A stretch of 64,000 nt of DNA, from the NCBI GenBank assembly GCA_965219995.1, contig CBDCOX010000002.1:2720001-2784000 (forward strand). Reading direction: 5' to 3'. The DNA comes from Candidatus Latescibacterota bacterium. Lineage in GTDB: Bacteria > Latescibacterota > UBA2968 > GCA-2709665. Below the pieces are notes generated by a model that was given only the letters and a program-made list of their open reading frames with translations, had not been told where the DNA came from and searched no databases. Both the position numbers and the translations under genes were made by a program. This document shows, one piece after another, positions 55,644-64,000 of the stretch; position 1 is the first letter of the stretch; the number at the start of each line of letters is the position of its first letter.

Positions 55644-55718
55644 TGTCCCGGGCGGACCTGTTCGCGAGGCGGAATCTGGAAATCTGAGAAAACTGAATCG
55701 TTTCGCAAGGGGGTGTAA

Positions 55719-56783
55719 ATGGAAACGCGCATCTTTCGCGGAAGTCCCGCCGAAATCGGCAAGGCCCAGGGCGCCATGAACCCGGAGGCCGCGCGGGACT
55801 ATCTTGCGTTCTGGCAGGCCCGACCGCACGATTTCGGAAATGCCTACTTTCGGGAAAACCTGGCGTTCATGCGGCGGGAGTTCCCCGATATGGTCGAACA
55901 GATCGGGGCGTTCGGCGAGGCCGCCGGAATGGCGTCCTTCGAGCACGCATACTATGGCCACATCCTCTGGTCGGGTCCGATGGGAGACGCCTGCTCGACC
56001 CTGGGTATCGTGCTGGAGGACGACGGGCCGGCAATGCTCTCCACCAATGACGGGGGCACGGACACGGTCCCCGGCACCGTATCGAACTCCGTTGTCTCGT
56101 TTTTCCCGGACACGAAACCGCACGGGATGATGGGGTTCGGCACCCGGCGGCAGGTCACCCTCGGAATGGCCGTGAACGACGCCGGGCTGGCCGTGGGGGC
56201 CAATTCCGGGCACCGTAAATACAATTTCGTTTCCAATCCGGAACACCTCAACCTCTACTTCGTCGTCCATTTGATCGCGCAGCACTGCGGCGACTGCGCC
56301 GACGTCCGCCATTTCGTCGATCAGTATCGCATATCCGGCCAGAAGGGCATGAATATGGTCACGGTGGACGCAGAGGGAAATATCCTCGGCCTGGAGCTCG
56401 AATCGGAGAACGTCGCCATTTCCGAAGCGCAGGACGGAATGCTCCTGGAGGTCAACCACTGGCAGCATCCCAGGCTCCAGAATCCCTCCCGCGCGGCCGA
56501 TCCCGCTTTCTGGGACGGACCCTATTTTTACAACTCCCAGGCGCGGGTGATGTATTTCGCGCATTTTCGGAACGTGTTCTCGCGGATGAAGACCCTGCAG
56601 GAACTGGTCGACTTTTCCTTCGACGTGCACGCGCCCGGGCGCATCCTTCAGATGCACGGGCTGAACGTAAGCGATCTGATCTCCTGCCAGGTAATGTTCG
56701 CGACCACGAGAGATCGAAAGATGAGGCTCTACCTGCATCCGATCGAAAAAGACGATTACGAGGAGTTCGTGTATCCGAATTGA
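55719..56783 (+). CDS. Peptidase C45-like Ntn hydrolase (paralog 2)
   Basis: A-CS site; shares YFRENxAFMRREFP, NHWQxP and ELVDFSFDVH with 49990-51057. Confidence 0.75.
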   Translation: METRIFRGSPAEIGKAQGAMNPEAARDYLAFWQARPHDFGNAYFRENLAFMRREFPDMVEQIGAFGEAAGMASFEHAYYGHILWSGPMGDACSTLGIVLEDDGPAMLSTNDGGTDTVPGTVSNSVVSFFPDTKPHGMMGFGTRRQVTLGMAVNDAGLAVGANSGHRKYNFVSNPEHLNLYFVVHLIAQHCGDCADVRHFVDQYRISGQKGMNMVTVDAEGNILGLELESENVAISEAQDGMLLEVNHWQHPRLQNPSRAADPAFWDGPYFYNSQARVMYFAHFRNVFSRMKTLQELVDFSFDVHAPGRILQMHGLNVSDLISCQVMFATTRDRKMRLYLHPIEKDDYEEFVYPN

Positions 56784-57056
56784 CCGCAGGGGGGAAAGTT
56801 CGTCGCGAAGTGCGACGCATACAGCCTCCGGTCGTCTTTAATGAGCCTTGCGACAGAAAGTGACACTTCGAATGACGTTGACAGTTGCGATTCGGACGCG
56901 AATATTGTAGACTTTAGAGTAAATCCATCGATTCACCACGGCCACGCCGATGGCAGGATTTCACCGCAGGCTTCCAGGTGTGGCATTTTGCACGCTTGTC
57001 CTTTTCGTTTGCCCGACGCTGTCCGGCAAACCGGGGGACGTCTCGAAAAGGAGCAG

Positions 57057-57974
57057 ATGTTGAGCCGCATAAAGGAAGTTCCGTACCCGTACCTGAGGAT
57101 AGCGAATCTCAGAGTCGTTTCGCTCATGGTCTCCCTACTCATCCTCACCATCGGACTCGTTGCGCCCCAGGCCGCATTCGCGGGCGCGTGGACCCTTGAA
57201 AAGGGCCAGGTGTGGAGCAAGATTACCGGTCTGTACCAGGCCACCGACGAACACTTCGACAAGGATGGTGAACCGAGCGGGTTCCCCGCTGATTACACTT
57301 CGCGGGAGGTGTATCTCGATGTGTATTACGGGGTGACCAAGCGTTTCGATCTCGGCGTTCAGTTCGCGGCAATCAACCGCAAGTTCGAGAATTTCACATC
57401 GAACAGGCACAGGGAGATGTTCGGATATCGCGCAAAGGAGTCAGGTCTCGGCGACATCCGCGTCTTCGGCAAGGTCAATCTCGTTCACGAACCCGTCGTG
57501 GGCACCCTGATGCTTGGCATAAAGGCGCCAACCGGGGATTTCCGCGCCGCGCCCGAGGCCATGTCCGCAGGCAACGGCCAGTGGGACGTCGAAGTGGTGG
57601 CGCAATTCGGCAAGTCCTACTGGCCCATCCCGATATACGCCAATATCGATCTGGGATATCGCCTCAGAGAGACCAACGAGACCATTCACCACAACCCGGA
57701 CGACGAGTTGATCTACAATCTCGAGGTCGGCGCCAGCCCTGTCGAAATGTTGAACATAGCCCTCAAGCTGGAAGGGGTCTCGGGCGCCGGGCGGCGGGTC
57801 ACCTATGCGATTCCCACGGCGATCGTCAGCCTGCCGCAGGGCCTCGCCCTCGAAGCCGCGGCGCGTGTGTCAGTGCTCGGCCGCGCCGATCCCGCGTTGG
57901 GCGCGCCCTATACGTTCTTCGCCGGCTCCACATTCCTGTTCGGGATCTCCTATACCGGAAGCCTGATGCAATAG
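57057..57974 (+). CDS. Outer-membrane beta-barrel (MetA-pathway/transporter-like)
   Basis: Signal peptide ending AFA-GAWT, SGLGDI, KAPTG...GNGQWD pattern, terminal GISY. Confidence 0.65.
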   Translation: MLSRIKEVPYPYLRIANLRVVSLMVSLLILTIGLVAPQAAFAGAWTLEKGQVWSKITGLYQATDEHFDKDGEPSGFPADYTSREVYLDVYYGVTKRFDLGVQFAAINRKFENFTSNRHREMFGYRAKESGLGDIRVFGKVNLVHEPVVGTLMLGIKAPTGDFRAAPEAMSAGNGQWDVEVVAQFGKSYWPIPIYANIDLGYRLRETNETIHHNPDDELIYNLEVGASPVEMLNIALKLEGVSGAGRRVTYAIPTAIVSLPQGLALEAAARVSVLGRADPALGAPYTFFAGSTFLFGISYTGSLMQ

Positions 57975-58025
57975 CAGCTTCAGCGGAGAACCCACCCATC
58001 GACGGCAGTCCACGCAGGCCACATT

Positions 58026-58064
58026 AAACAGGGGAAGGGGGCAATTGCCCCCTTCCCCTGTTTT
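58026..58064. terminator. Bidirectional rho-independent terminator
   Basis: Perfect palindrome aaacaggggaagggggcaattgcccccttcccctgttt between convergent genes. Confidence 0.85.
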
Positions 58065-58104
58065 CTATTCTCGCATCCGGACCGTTACGCTTTCACCTCA
58101 TCGT

Positions 58105-58200
58105 CACTCGCCCCTTGAGGGGGAGTCGCAGAACTCGAGCCGGACCCTGAACTTGCCGAAGGGTGTCGAACTGTCGAAGGATCGAAGGGCCGGCGACGAC
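58105..58200. repeat. Composite REP-like region downstream of vapC
   Basis: Hairpin actcgccccttgagggggagt plus degenerate copies ccctgaacttgccgaaggg, ctgtcgaagg and tcgaagggccggcga. Confidence 0.5.
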
Positions 58201-58217
58201 TGATGCGGAAGGGGATT

Positions 58218-58625
58218 TCAGACAAACGGATCGATGAGTTCGACACCGCTGGCTTCGAAATCGCGGCGATTCCGGGTCGCCAGCCGTAACCCGTGAGTCA
58301 GGGCGGTGGCGGCAATGAAGCTGTCTTTGATCGGCATCGGTTTTCCAATTGAGCGGAGATGCGCCAGCAACTCGGCCCAACGCAGTCCCGTCTCGGCATC
58401 CCACGGGACGCAGTGGATACGGCGGGCGACTTCGTCGAACCAGCGTTCGAGCCCGCGGCGCTTCTGTCCCGAGGGCAGCAGGAGAATCCCGAATCGGACT
58501 TCTCCCAGAATCACCGGATCGACGGCCAGTCTTCGTTCGTTACGCGACAGCCACTCGATCACCCTCGGATCCGGCCTCGGCTGAGTCGCCTCGCACAGCA
58601 CATTGGCATCTACGAGGCACATCAT
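58218..58625 (-). CDS. vapC: VapC family PIN-domain toxin
   Basis: LVDANVLCE, GEVRFGI, DSFIAATAL.HGL.LATRN.RDF. Confidence 0.92.
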   Translation of the reverse strand: MMCLVDANVLCEATQPRPDPRVIEWLSRNERRLAVDPVILGEVRFGILLLPSGQKRRGLERWFDEVARRIHCVPWDAETGLRWAELLAHLRSIGKPMPIKDSFIAATALTHGLRLATRNRRDFEASGVELIDPFV

Positions 58626-58864
58626 CGCGGCGATCCGAGGGCGTCGGTCGACTCCGATTCGATCGGCACGAACCAGCCCTTTTCGGGACACGAGAGCAGC
58701 GCGTTCACCAGACCATGGTTCATCGGGGGGTCGGCAACGACAAGGCGGTATTCACCTTCGTCTACCCGTTCAATTGCAAACGACTGGCCGGGTTCCAGTC
58801 TGTCCCGATGGCGAAACTCGGCCGGAATCACAATCTGACCCCGGGTTGAGAGGACTGTTTTCAT
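58622..58864 (-). CDS. vapB: AbrB/MazE-type antitoxin (VapB)
   Basis: LSTRGQIVIPAEFR...L.PG; overlaps the vapC start. Confidence 0.88.
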   Translation of the reverse strand: MKTVLSTRGQIVIPAEFRHRDRLEPGQSFAIERVDEGEYRLVVADPPMNHGLVNALLSCPEKGWFVPIESESTDALGSPR

Positions 58865-58871
58865 AGGAAGT

Positions 58872-58900
58872 AAGATAACGTCTTACACCAGGATTGTCAA
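58872..58900 (-). promoter_or_regulatory. sigma70-type promoter of vapBC with operator palindrome
   Basis: TTGACA-17 nt-TATCTT on the minus strand; gtaaga-N5-tcttac palindrome; ATG 7 nt after the -10 box. Confidence 0.75.
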
Positions 58901-59039
58901 TGCCTGCCATGTCTTCAACGGAAAGGTTGGCCCTTTACATTATCAGGTATGCACGGTATTTTCTCTTGGGGTAAAGCCGATGGCAGGGCCGTAAACCGGA
59001 TGGAGTATAGTACGAATTGGCTGAAGAGGGGACGTTGGA

Positions 59040-60182
59040 TTGACGCGGATTCGGCGGATGATCGGTTTTGGTTGGCTGGTTCTTGCGAGCACGGCGGTAC
59101 ACGCTCACGCCCAGACCCCGGTATCGGAAGCGCCGCGTTTTACGGAAAAGCACCGCGGCGTCTGTTTCGTGGCCGGGCCCGCCCGCCCCGCTGACGTGGC
59201 CTTCGACCGCCTGGCCGCGCTGAACGTGAACTGGATCTCCCAGACGCCATTCGGATGGCAGCAGAGCGCCGACAGCCCGGAGGTGATTCTTGCGACTTCC
59301 GGACGGGTCTGGTGGGGTGAATCGGACGAAGGACTGGCGGACACCGCCCGACGGGCGCGACAGCAGGGCATCCTGATAATCCTGAAGCCCCACGTCTGGA
59401 TCCGTGACCGCAGCGACGGGAGGTGGCGCGGGAATATTGATTTTTCGACGCCCGAAGAATGGGACCGGTGGTGGGCGAGCTACCGACGGTTTATCCTCCA
59501 TTACGCCGAACTGGCGGAAGCAACCGGGATGGAGGCGCTGTGCGTGGGGACGGAACTTCGGAGCGCCGTGTTGAACCGTCCCGAGGCATGGCGCGTGTTG
59601 ATTGCCGACGTGCGGGCGGTGTACGGAGGCGAACTGACCTACTCGGCGAACTGGTATCGCGAGTTCGAAGAGGTGACGTTCTGGGACGCGCTGGACTACA
59701 TCGGCATCCAGGTCTATTTCCCGCTGGCGGACAGCACGGGTAGCGATATGTCGCTCGACGCCTTCAAAGCGGCGTGGGCGCCCCATGTGGCGCGGATCGA
59801 AGCGCTTCAGCAGCGGGCGGGAAAACCGGTGCTCTTTACGGAGGTTGGCTACAGGAGCACCGCGGATTCCGCCGTGGAGCCGTGGGTCTGGCGATCGGCC
59901 GCACCCGTGGACGATGAACTGCAGGCGACGCTTTACGAAGCGATGTTCCGGACATTCTGGCGCAAACCCTGGTTTGCGGGCACGCACGTATGGAAGTGGT
60001 TCCCCGAGGGCAGCACGCGATTCGAAGGAAGGCGGGCGCGCCGCCGCGCACTTCAAAGGGAAAGGGGGTTCACACCGCAGGGGAAGCCGGCGGAAAAGGT
60101 GCTTGGCCGGTGGTATCGGACTGCTGAGCGACAGCCGGGCATGGATACCGACGGAAGGTCGGAGCAAGTTCCCGGTCCGTAG
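59040..60182 (+). CDS. Secreted GH113-like (beta-mannanase/GTA TIM-barrel) glycoside hydrolase
   Basis: LKPHVW, VGTEL, TYSANW, FWDALDYIGIQVYFPL, KPVLFTEVGYRS and FTPQGKPAE motifs; signal peptide. Confidence 0.85.
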   Translation: MTRIRRMIGFGWLVLASTAVHAHAQTPVSEAPRFTEKHRGVCFVAGPARPADVAFDRLAALNVNWISQTPFGWQQSADSPEVILATSGRVWWGESDEGLADTARRARQQGILIILKPHVWIRDRSDGRWRGNIDFSTPEEWDRWWASYRRFILHYAELAEATGMEALCVGTELRSAVLNRPEAWRVLIADVRAVYGGELTYSANWYREFEEVTFWDALDYIGIQVYFPLADSTGSDMSLDAFKAAWAPHVARIEALQQRAGKPVLFTEVGYRSTADSAVEPWVWRSAAPVDDELQATLYEAMFRTFWRKPWFAGTHVWKWFPEGSTRFEGRRARRRALQRERGFTPQGKPAEKVLGRWYRTAERQPGMDTDGRSEQVPGP

Positions 60183-60431
60183 CCGCAGGTGCGCCTCTGT
60201 TGAATGTAGCTCTTTACTTCACATCGATTGTTTCCCATATTAGACCATGCTTTCAACGAGTGTGCTGGCATGCGTCATCGTCGACGAATGCTGAAACAGG
60301 CGGCGATGGGTCTGCACGATAGATGAACCGCAGGCACGCTACCACGAAATTTTCTTCGGTCCGTGTCCGCACCTGTGGCCAACGATGCGGCGCCGAGGGT
60401 ATCTCTACACCAGCTGACAGGAGGTAGAACC

Positions 60432-60752
60432 ATGGCCAATTATATGTTCCGCACCAGGTACACGCGGTCGGGTCTCGAGGGCCTGCTCAGAGAAGGAGGC
60501 ACGGGCCGGCGAGAGGCTTTGAGGCAGACCATCGAAGGGATGGGCGGAAAGCTGGAGGGCTTCTACTACGCGATGGGCGATGACGATCTCATCCTGATCG
60601 CGGAGATTCCCGATCAAACCACCGCGGCGGCCATCGCGCTGAATATCGCCGCCGCAGGGGCGCTGGAGGTCTCCACGACGGTCCTGGTATCGCCGGAGAC
60701 CATCGACGAAGCGGTGAACAAGAGCGTGCCGTACCGCCTGCCTGGCGAGTGA
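60432..60752 (+). CDS. GYD domain protein
   Basis: YT..GLEGL..EGGTGR......IE.MGGKLE.FYYAMG..D; RBS aggagg. Confidence 0.8.
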   Translation: MANYMFRTRYTRSGLEGLLREGGTGRREALRQTIEGMGGKLEGFYYAMGDDDLILIAEIPDQTTAAAIALNIAAAGALEVSTTVLVSPETIDEAVNKSVPYRLPGE

Positions 60753-60797
60753 ATCTGGTGTCCTGAACAGATAATACCTCACCCTTTTGACGATGAA

Positions 60798-60825
60798 GGC
60801 CCCTTTTCGCATCTGAGAAGGGGCC
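60798..60825. terminator. Possible terminator hairpin
   Basis: ggccccttttc-gcatct-gagaaggggcc; no clear T-tract. Confidence 0.4.
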
Positions 60826-60866
60826 GCTTACATGTTTGAGGTGCTGGAATTCAAAGGGTTTGATTC

Positions 60867-63065
60867 ATGACAATACAGGTTGAGGGTCAGGTTCGCGACG
60901 TTTCCTCGAGACGCGGACTCGAGAATGTCCCCGTTTCCAACGGGGAGCACGTGGTACGAACGGACGCGGCCGGGCGCTACGCCCTTCAGGTCTCGCCGGA
61001 TGGGCACCGATTTGTCTTCGTGACGGTACCGGATGGCTATCGGCCAGGTGAGGACTTCTACCGGTCGACGGCGGGTTGGACCGGCGACCAACGCAGGGTT
61101 GATTTCGACGTCGCGAGGCTGCCGGATGGGGACAGTGAAACCTTCTCGATGGCTCATATCAGCGACACCCATGTCGTGCTGGACGAAGACCGGACGCCTG
61201 GCAGGATGTTGTCGCAGGATCTGCGACAGCTGGTTCGCGAAGCCGACCCGGAACTGATCGTCGCGAGCGGGGACCTGACGGATTGGGGGACGCTGGAGGA
61301 ACTCGAACAGTTTCGCGCCGCCATCAAAAGCGTCTCGACGCCAGTGTTGCCCATGTTCGGTGGTCACGACGGGAATCAAGAGCGTTTCGGCGATCTAACG
61401 GTGGAAGAGTTGGTCGCGTTGAAACACAGGAGAGAGTACGCGAAGATCGAGGAGATCCTGAAGCAGCGGGAAGGGCAACCCTTCACCCGCAACTATGAAC
61501 GGGTACTCGGCCCCCCGTATTACAGTTTCGATCGCGGACGATGGCATTTTGTCCTCTATCCGAACGAGGATAATTTCTACCCGCAGGTGGACCGGAAGCG
61601 TAAGGAAGATTGGCTGTGGGCGGACCTGTCGCAACAACCGCGTGATCGTAGAATCGTCGTCTTCCTTCACAAGCCGCCGTCCATACCTTTTCTGAACGCT
61701 TTGAGCCGGTACCGGGTAGAGTTGGTCATGCATGGGCATTGGCACTCCAGCAAGGTGTTCACCCGGGAAGGAATTGTCGTTGCGGCGGTACCCCCGCTCT
61801 GTTTCGGCGGGCTCGATACACGACCGCGGGGCTCTCGAATCGTTGAATTTAAGGTTGCGGATTTCAGGTTTCGGCTTGAGCCGCTCTCTGTCGGGGCAAG
61901 CCCGTCGGGACCTTCGTCGAATACATCGATATCGCTCGATGACACCGGCCGGACCATGCGGCTTGTCTGGACGCATCAGCTTCCGGTGGGGGTGCACCGT
62001 GCGGCGCCGGTCCGTTCCGGCGATCGGATCCTGATAAGCCTCGCCGATGAAGGAGTTCCGGCCCAAAACGGCGTCGCGTGTCTCGACGCCGGAAGCGGCG
62101 CGCTTTCATGGCGGGTCTCGACGGAAACAGCTGTCAAGAACAGCGTGGCGATCACCCCGCCTTCAGCAGCTGCTGACACCGGGACCGATCTATGCGCAGC
62201 GGTGTCGGTCGCCGGGCGATTGTATTCGATGGAAACGGAATCGGGACGCGTTCGCTGGAAGGCAGACCTGCCAGGATATCCGGAGCGGTGGATCTATGCT
62301 TCTCCCGCGATTGACGGCGAGACGGTGTACGCGGGCGGCAAGTCCGGTTATGGGGCGTACGATCTGACAACCGGCGAGCAGCGGTGGTACACGTCGCTTG
62401 AAGGCGGCGATGGGTGGCCTTGCTACGCGAGTCCTCAGGTCTGCGGCGACCTGCTCATTCTGCTCGTCCAGCGCCGCGGGCTGATGGCGCTGGACAGGCA
62501 TAACGGCAAGGTGGTCTGGGAACGGACCATGGGCGTCGAGAATCCCTACGCGCAACCTCTGGTGGACGGCGGTGTCCTGATCACCGGCAGCGGCGCCCCG
62601 GTTCTTCACTGGTACGGCGGCGAACCGGCGCACATGGCGGGCCTGAGTATCAGTACCGGCGAACTGATGTGGGACCGGCCGGTGCTTCCTTCGAGATATC
62701 CCACCGGGCTGGCGATTCGGGGCGACCGGTTCTACGCGACCACGCCGGACGGCGAGGCGCTGTGTTTCAATCTCCACACCGGCGCGTTGCAGTGGCGATT
62801 CGGGACGGGCAATGACCTTATGGACATGGTCCCGGCGCGCCGCGGCGTCCGATCCATCCTGGCCGCGCCAGTCTTCTACAAGGACCGTCTGCTCATTGGC
62901 GGCGGTGACGGTTGCCTCTACGTACTGAATGCCGAAACCGGCGCACGCATCGGCCGCGCGGCGCTCGGATCCCAAATCGCGGCCGCTCCGTGTCTCACCA
63001 ATGACGGGTTCTGCGTGGGCACGTACGACGGTCGGTTGTATTGCTTCGCTGAATGTGAGGGATAG
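60867..63065 (+). CDS. Metallophosphoesterase (MetallophosN + calcineurin-like) fused to PQQ-like beta-propeller
   Basis: VPVSNG...VRTDAAGRY, HISDTH, SGDLTD, GGHD and HGHWH motifs; C-terminal repeats of D..TG...W. Confidence 0.85.
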   Translation: MTIQVEGQVRDVSSRRGLENVPVSNGEHVVRTDAAGRYALQVSPDGHRFVFVTVPDGYRPGEDFYRSTAGWTGDQRRVDFDVARLPDGDSETFSMAHISDTHVVLDEDRTPGRMLSQDLRQLVREADPELIVASGDLTDWGTLEELEQFRAAIKSVSTPVLPMFGGHDGNQERFGDLTVEELVALKHRREYAKIEEILKQREGQPFTRNYERVLGPPYYSFDRGRWHFVLYPNEDNFYPQVDRKRKEDWLWADLSQQPRDRRIVVFLHKPPSIPFLNALSRYRVELVMHGHWHSSKVFTREGIVVAAVPPLCFGGLDTRPRGSRIVEFKVADFRFRLEPLSVGASPSGPSSNTSISLDDTGRTMRLVWTHQLPVGVHRAAPVRSGDRILISLADEGVPAQNGVACLDAGSGALSWRVSTETAVKNSVAITPPSAAADTGTDLCAAVSVAGRLYSMETESGRVRWKADLPGYPERWIYASPAIDGETVYAGGKSGYGAYDLTTGEQRWYTSLEGGDGWPCYASPQVCGDLLILLVQRRGLMALDRHNGKVVWERTMGVENPYAQPLVDGGVLITGSGAPVLHWYGGEPAHMAGLSISTGELMWDRPVLPSRYPTGLAIRGDRFYATTPDGEALCFNLHTGALQWRFGTGNDLMDMVPARRGVRSILAAPVFYKDRLLIGGGDGCLYVLNAETGARIGRAALGSQIAAAPCLTNDGFCVGTYDGRLYCFAECEG

Positions 63066-63106
63066 CAATCCTGCGTTCGCACTTTAAGGGAAGTACGGGA
63101 GGTTTC

Positions 63107-64000
63107 ATGGCATCGCCTTTACAATCACAGCCTTGGGAACGGCCGGATACGCCGATCTTCAGCAATTCTCCGCCGCCGCAGGCGTGGATGAAATGCAACA
63201 TCTACTGCCCACGCGTCATCTACGCGGAGGGAAAATACCGTATGTGGTTCAGCGGGTCGGCGGTGCGTCCGACGCTGTATCGAACGTGTATCGGATACGC
63301 CGAATCGGACGACGGCCTCGCATGGACGCTCCACCCCGACAATCCGATTCTGACGGCCGACAGTCTTACCTGGGGTCAGAACCTGAATACCCCCAGAGTG
63401 CTGTACGACGAGGACGAGCAACATTACAAGATGTGGTTCCTGAGCACGACCCACGTGGAATACCGGGACGACGGCATTCTGGCGAAGAATATCAATTCGG
63501 CCATGGGGTATGCCACCAGTCGCGATGGCATCCACTGGGACTTCTGGCCCGAACCCCTCATAGAGGAATGCCGGGCGCCGTGCGTGCACAAGGACGGCGC
63601 CGGATATCGCATGTGGCTCAACGCCAGGCCCAGTCCGGAGGACTCGTGGGAAGCGGCCTACGGCTATGTGTATGAGTTCAGGTCGGAGGATGGGATTGCA
63701 TGGACGCGGCGTGAACACCCGGCGGTTCAGGCAACGGGCAACACGAAGTCGTGCGTCTATCCGGAAGTTCATAAGATCAATGGGACGTATTACATGTGGC
63801 ATATCGGACATCTGAAGAAGAAGGACGGTCCGATGAATATGGTCTACCACGAGATCTTCTGCGATACGTCGACCGATGGAATTAACTGGACGCTGAATCA
63901 CGAGACCCCCGCGTTTGCCGCTTCGAGGGATCTGGAACGTTTCGACTGGAAGACGGTATCGACGCCGTGCGTGGTGGATATCGGCGACACGTTGCGGCTG
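63107..64000 (+). CDS. Beta-propeller glycosidase-like protein, truncated by the right edge
   Basis: Manual translation: MASPLQSQPWERPDTPIF...YCPRVIYAEGKYRMWF...IGYAESDDGLAWTLHPDNPIL...GYATSRDGIHW; same family as 35657 and 40827. Confidence 0.75.
   Translation, partial: MASPLQSQPWERPDTPIFSNSPPPQAWMKCNIYCPRVIYAEGKYRMWFSGSAVRPTLYRTCIGYAESDDGLAWTLHPDNPILTADSLTWGQNLNTPRVLYDEDEQHYKMWFLSTTHVEYRDDGILAKNINSAMGYATSRDGIHWDFWPEPLIEECRAPCVHKDGAGYRMWLNARPSPEDSWEAAYGYVYEFRSEDGIAWTRREHPAVQATGNTKSCVYPEVHKINGTYYMWHIGHLKKKDGPMNMVYHEIFCDTSTDGINWTLNHETPAFAASRDLERFDWKTVSTPCVVDIGDTLRL

Noticed and set aside
38980-56783. Secondary-metabolite (e.g. beta-lactam-like) biosynthetic cluster suggested by C45, PhyH and GNAT genes
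   Set aside because: There is no NRPS/PKS, precursor peptide or other scaffold-forming gene; the content fits catabolism better.

Overview
This is a GC-rich, gene-dense bacterial window, almost all on the + strand. It contains dockerin-like DFNGDGxVDFxDF EF-hand tails, a GWxTD protein, a DUF6785-type permease, paired PhyH dioxygenases, a T9SS-type C-terminal domain and a PorV-like barrel. That content suggests an FCB-group organism such as Latescibacterota (inference, not a database result). The centre (25.9-34.2 kb) holds a GntR/FadR regulator followed by an outer-membrane operon: a small beta-barrel, a SusC-like TonB-dependent receptor, a signal-peptide protein with a T9SS-like sorting domain, and a PorV/PorQ-like barrel. 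No SusD is present, and this is the best candidate for an under-described system. It is flanked by about 25 mostly uncharacterised catabolic-type enzymes lacking signal peptides, many in paralogous sets: GH42-like x2, C45 Ntn-hydrolase x2, beta-propeller glycosidase-like x4, PhyH x2 and Gfo/Idh/MocA x2. Mobile and accessory DNA comprises an intact IS1380-family element with a TTAA duplication, a 186-bp MITE-like element, four toxin-antitoxin loci (one broken) and several small intergenic repeat families. No rRNA, tRNA or CRISPR array was seen. Product calls rest on motif recognition by eye, and start codons were adjusted by eye using RBS context.
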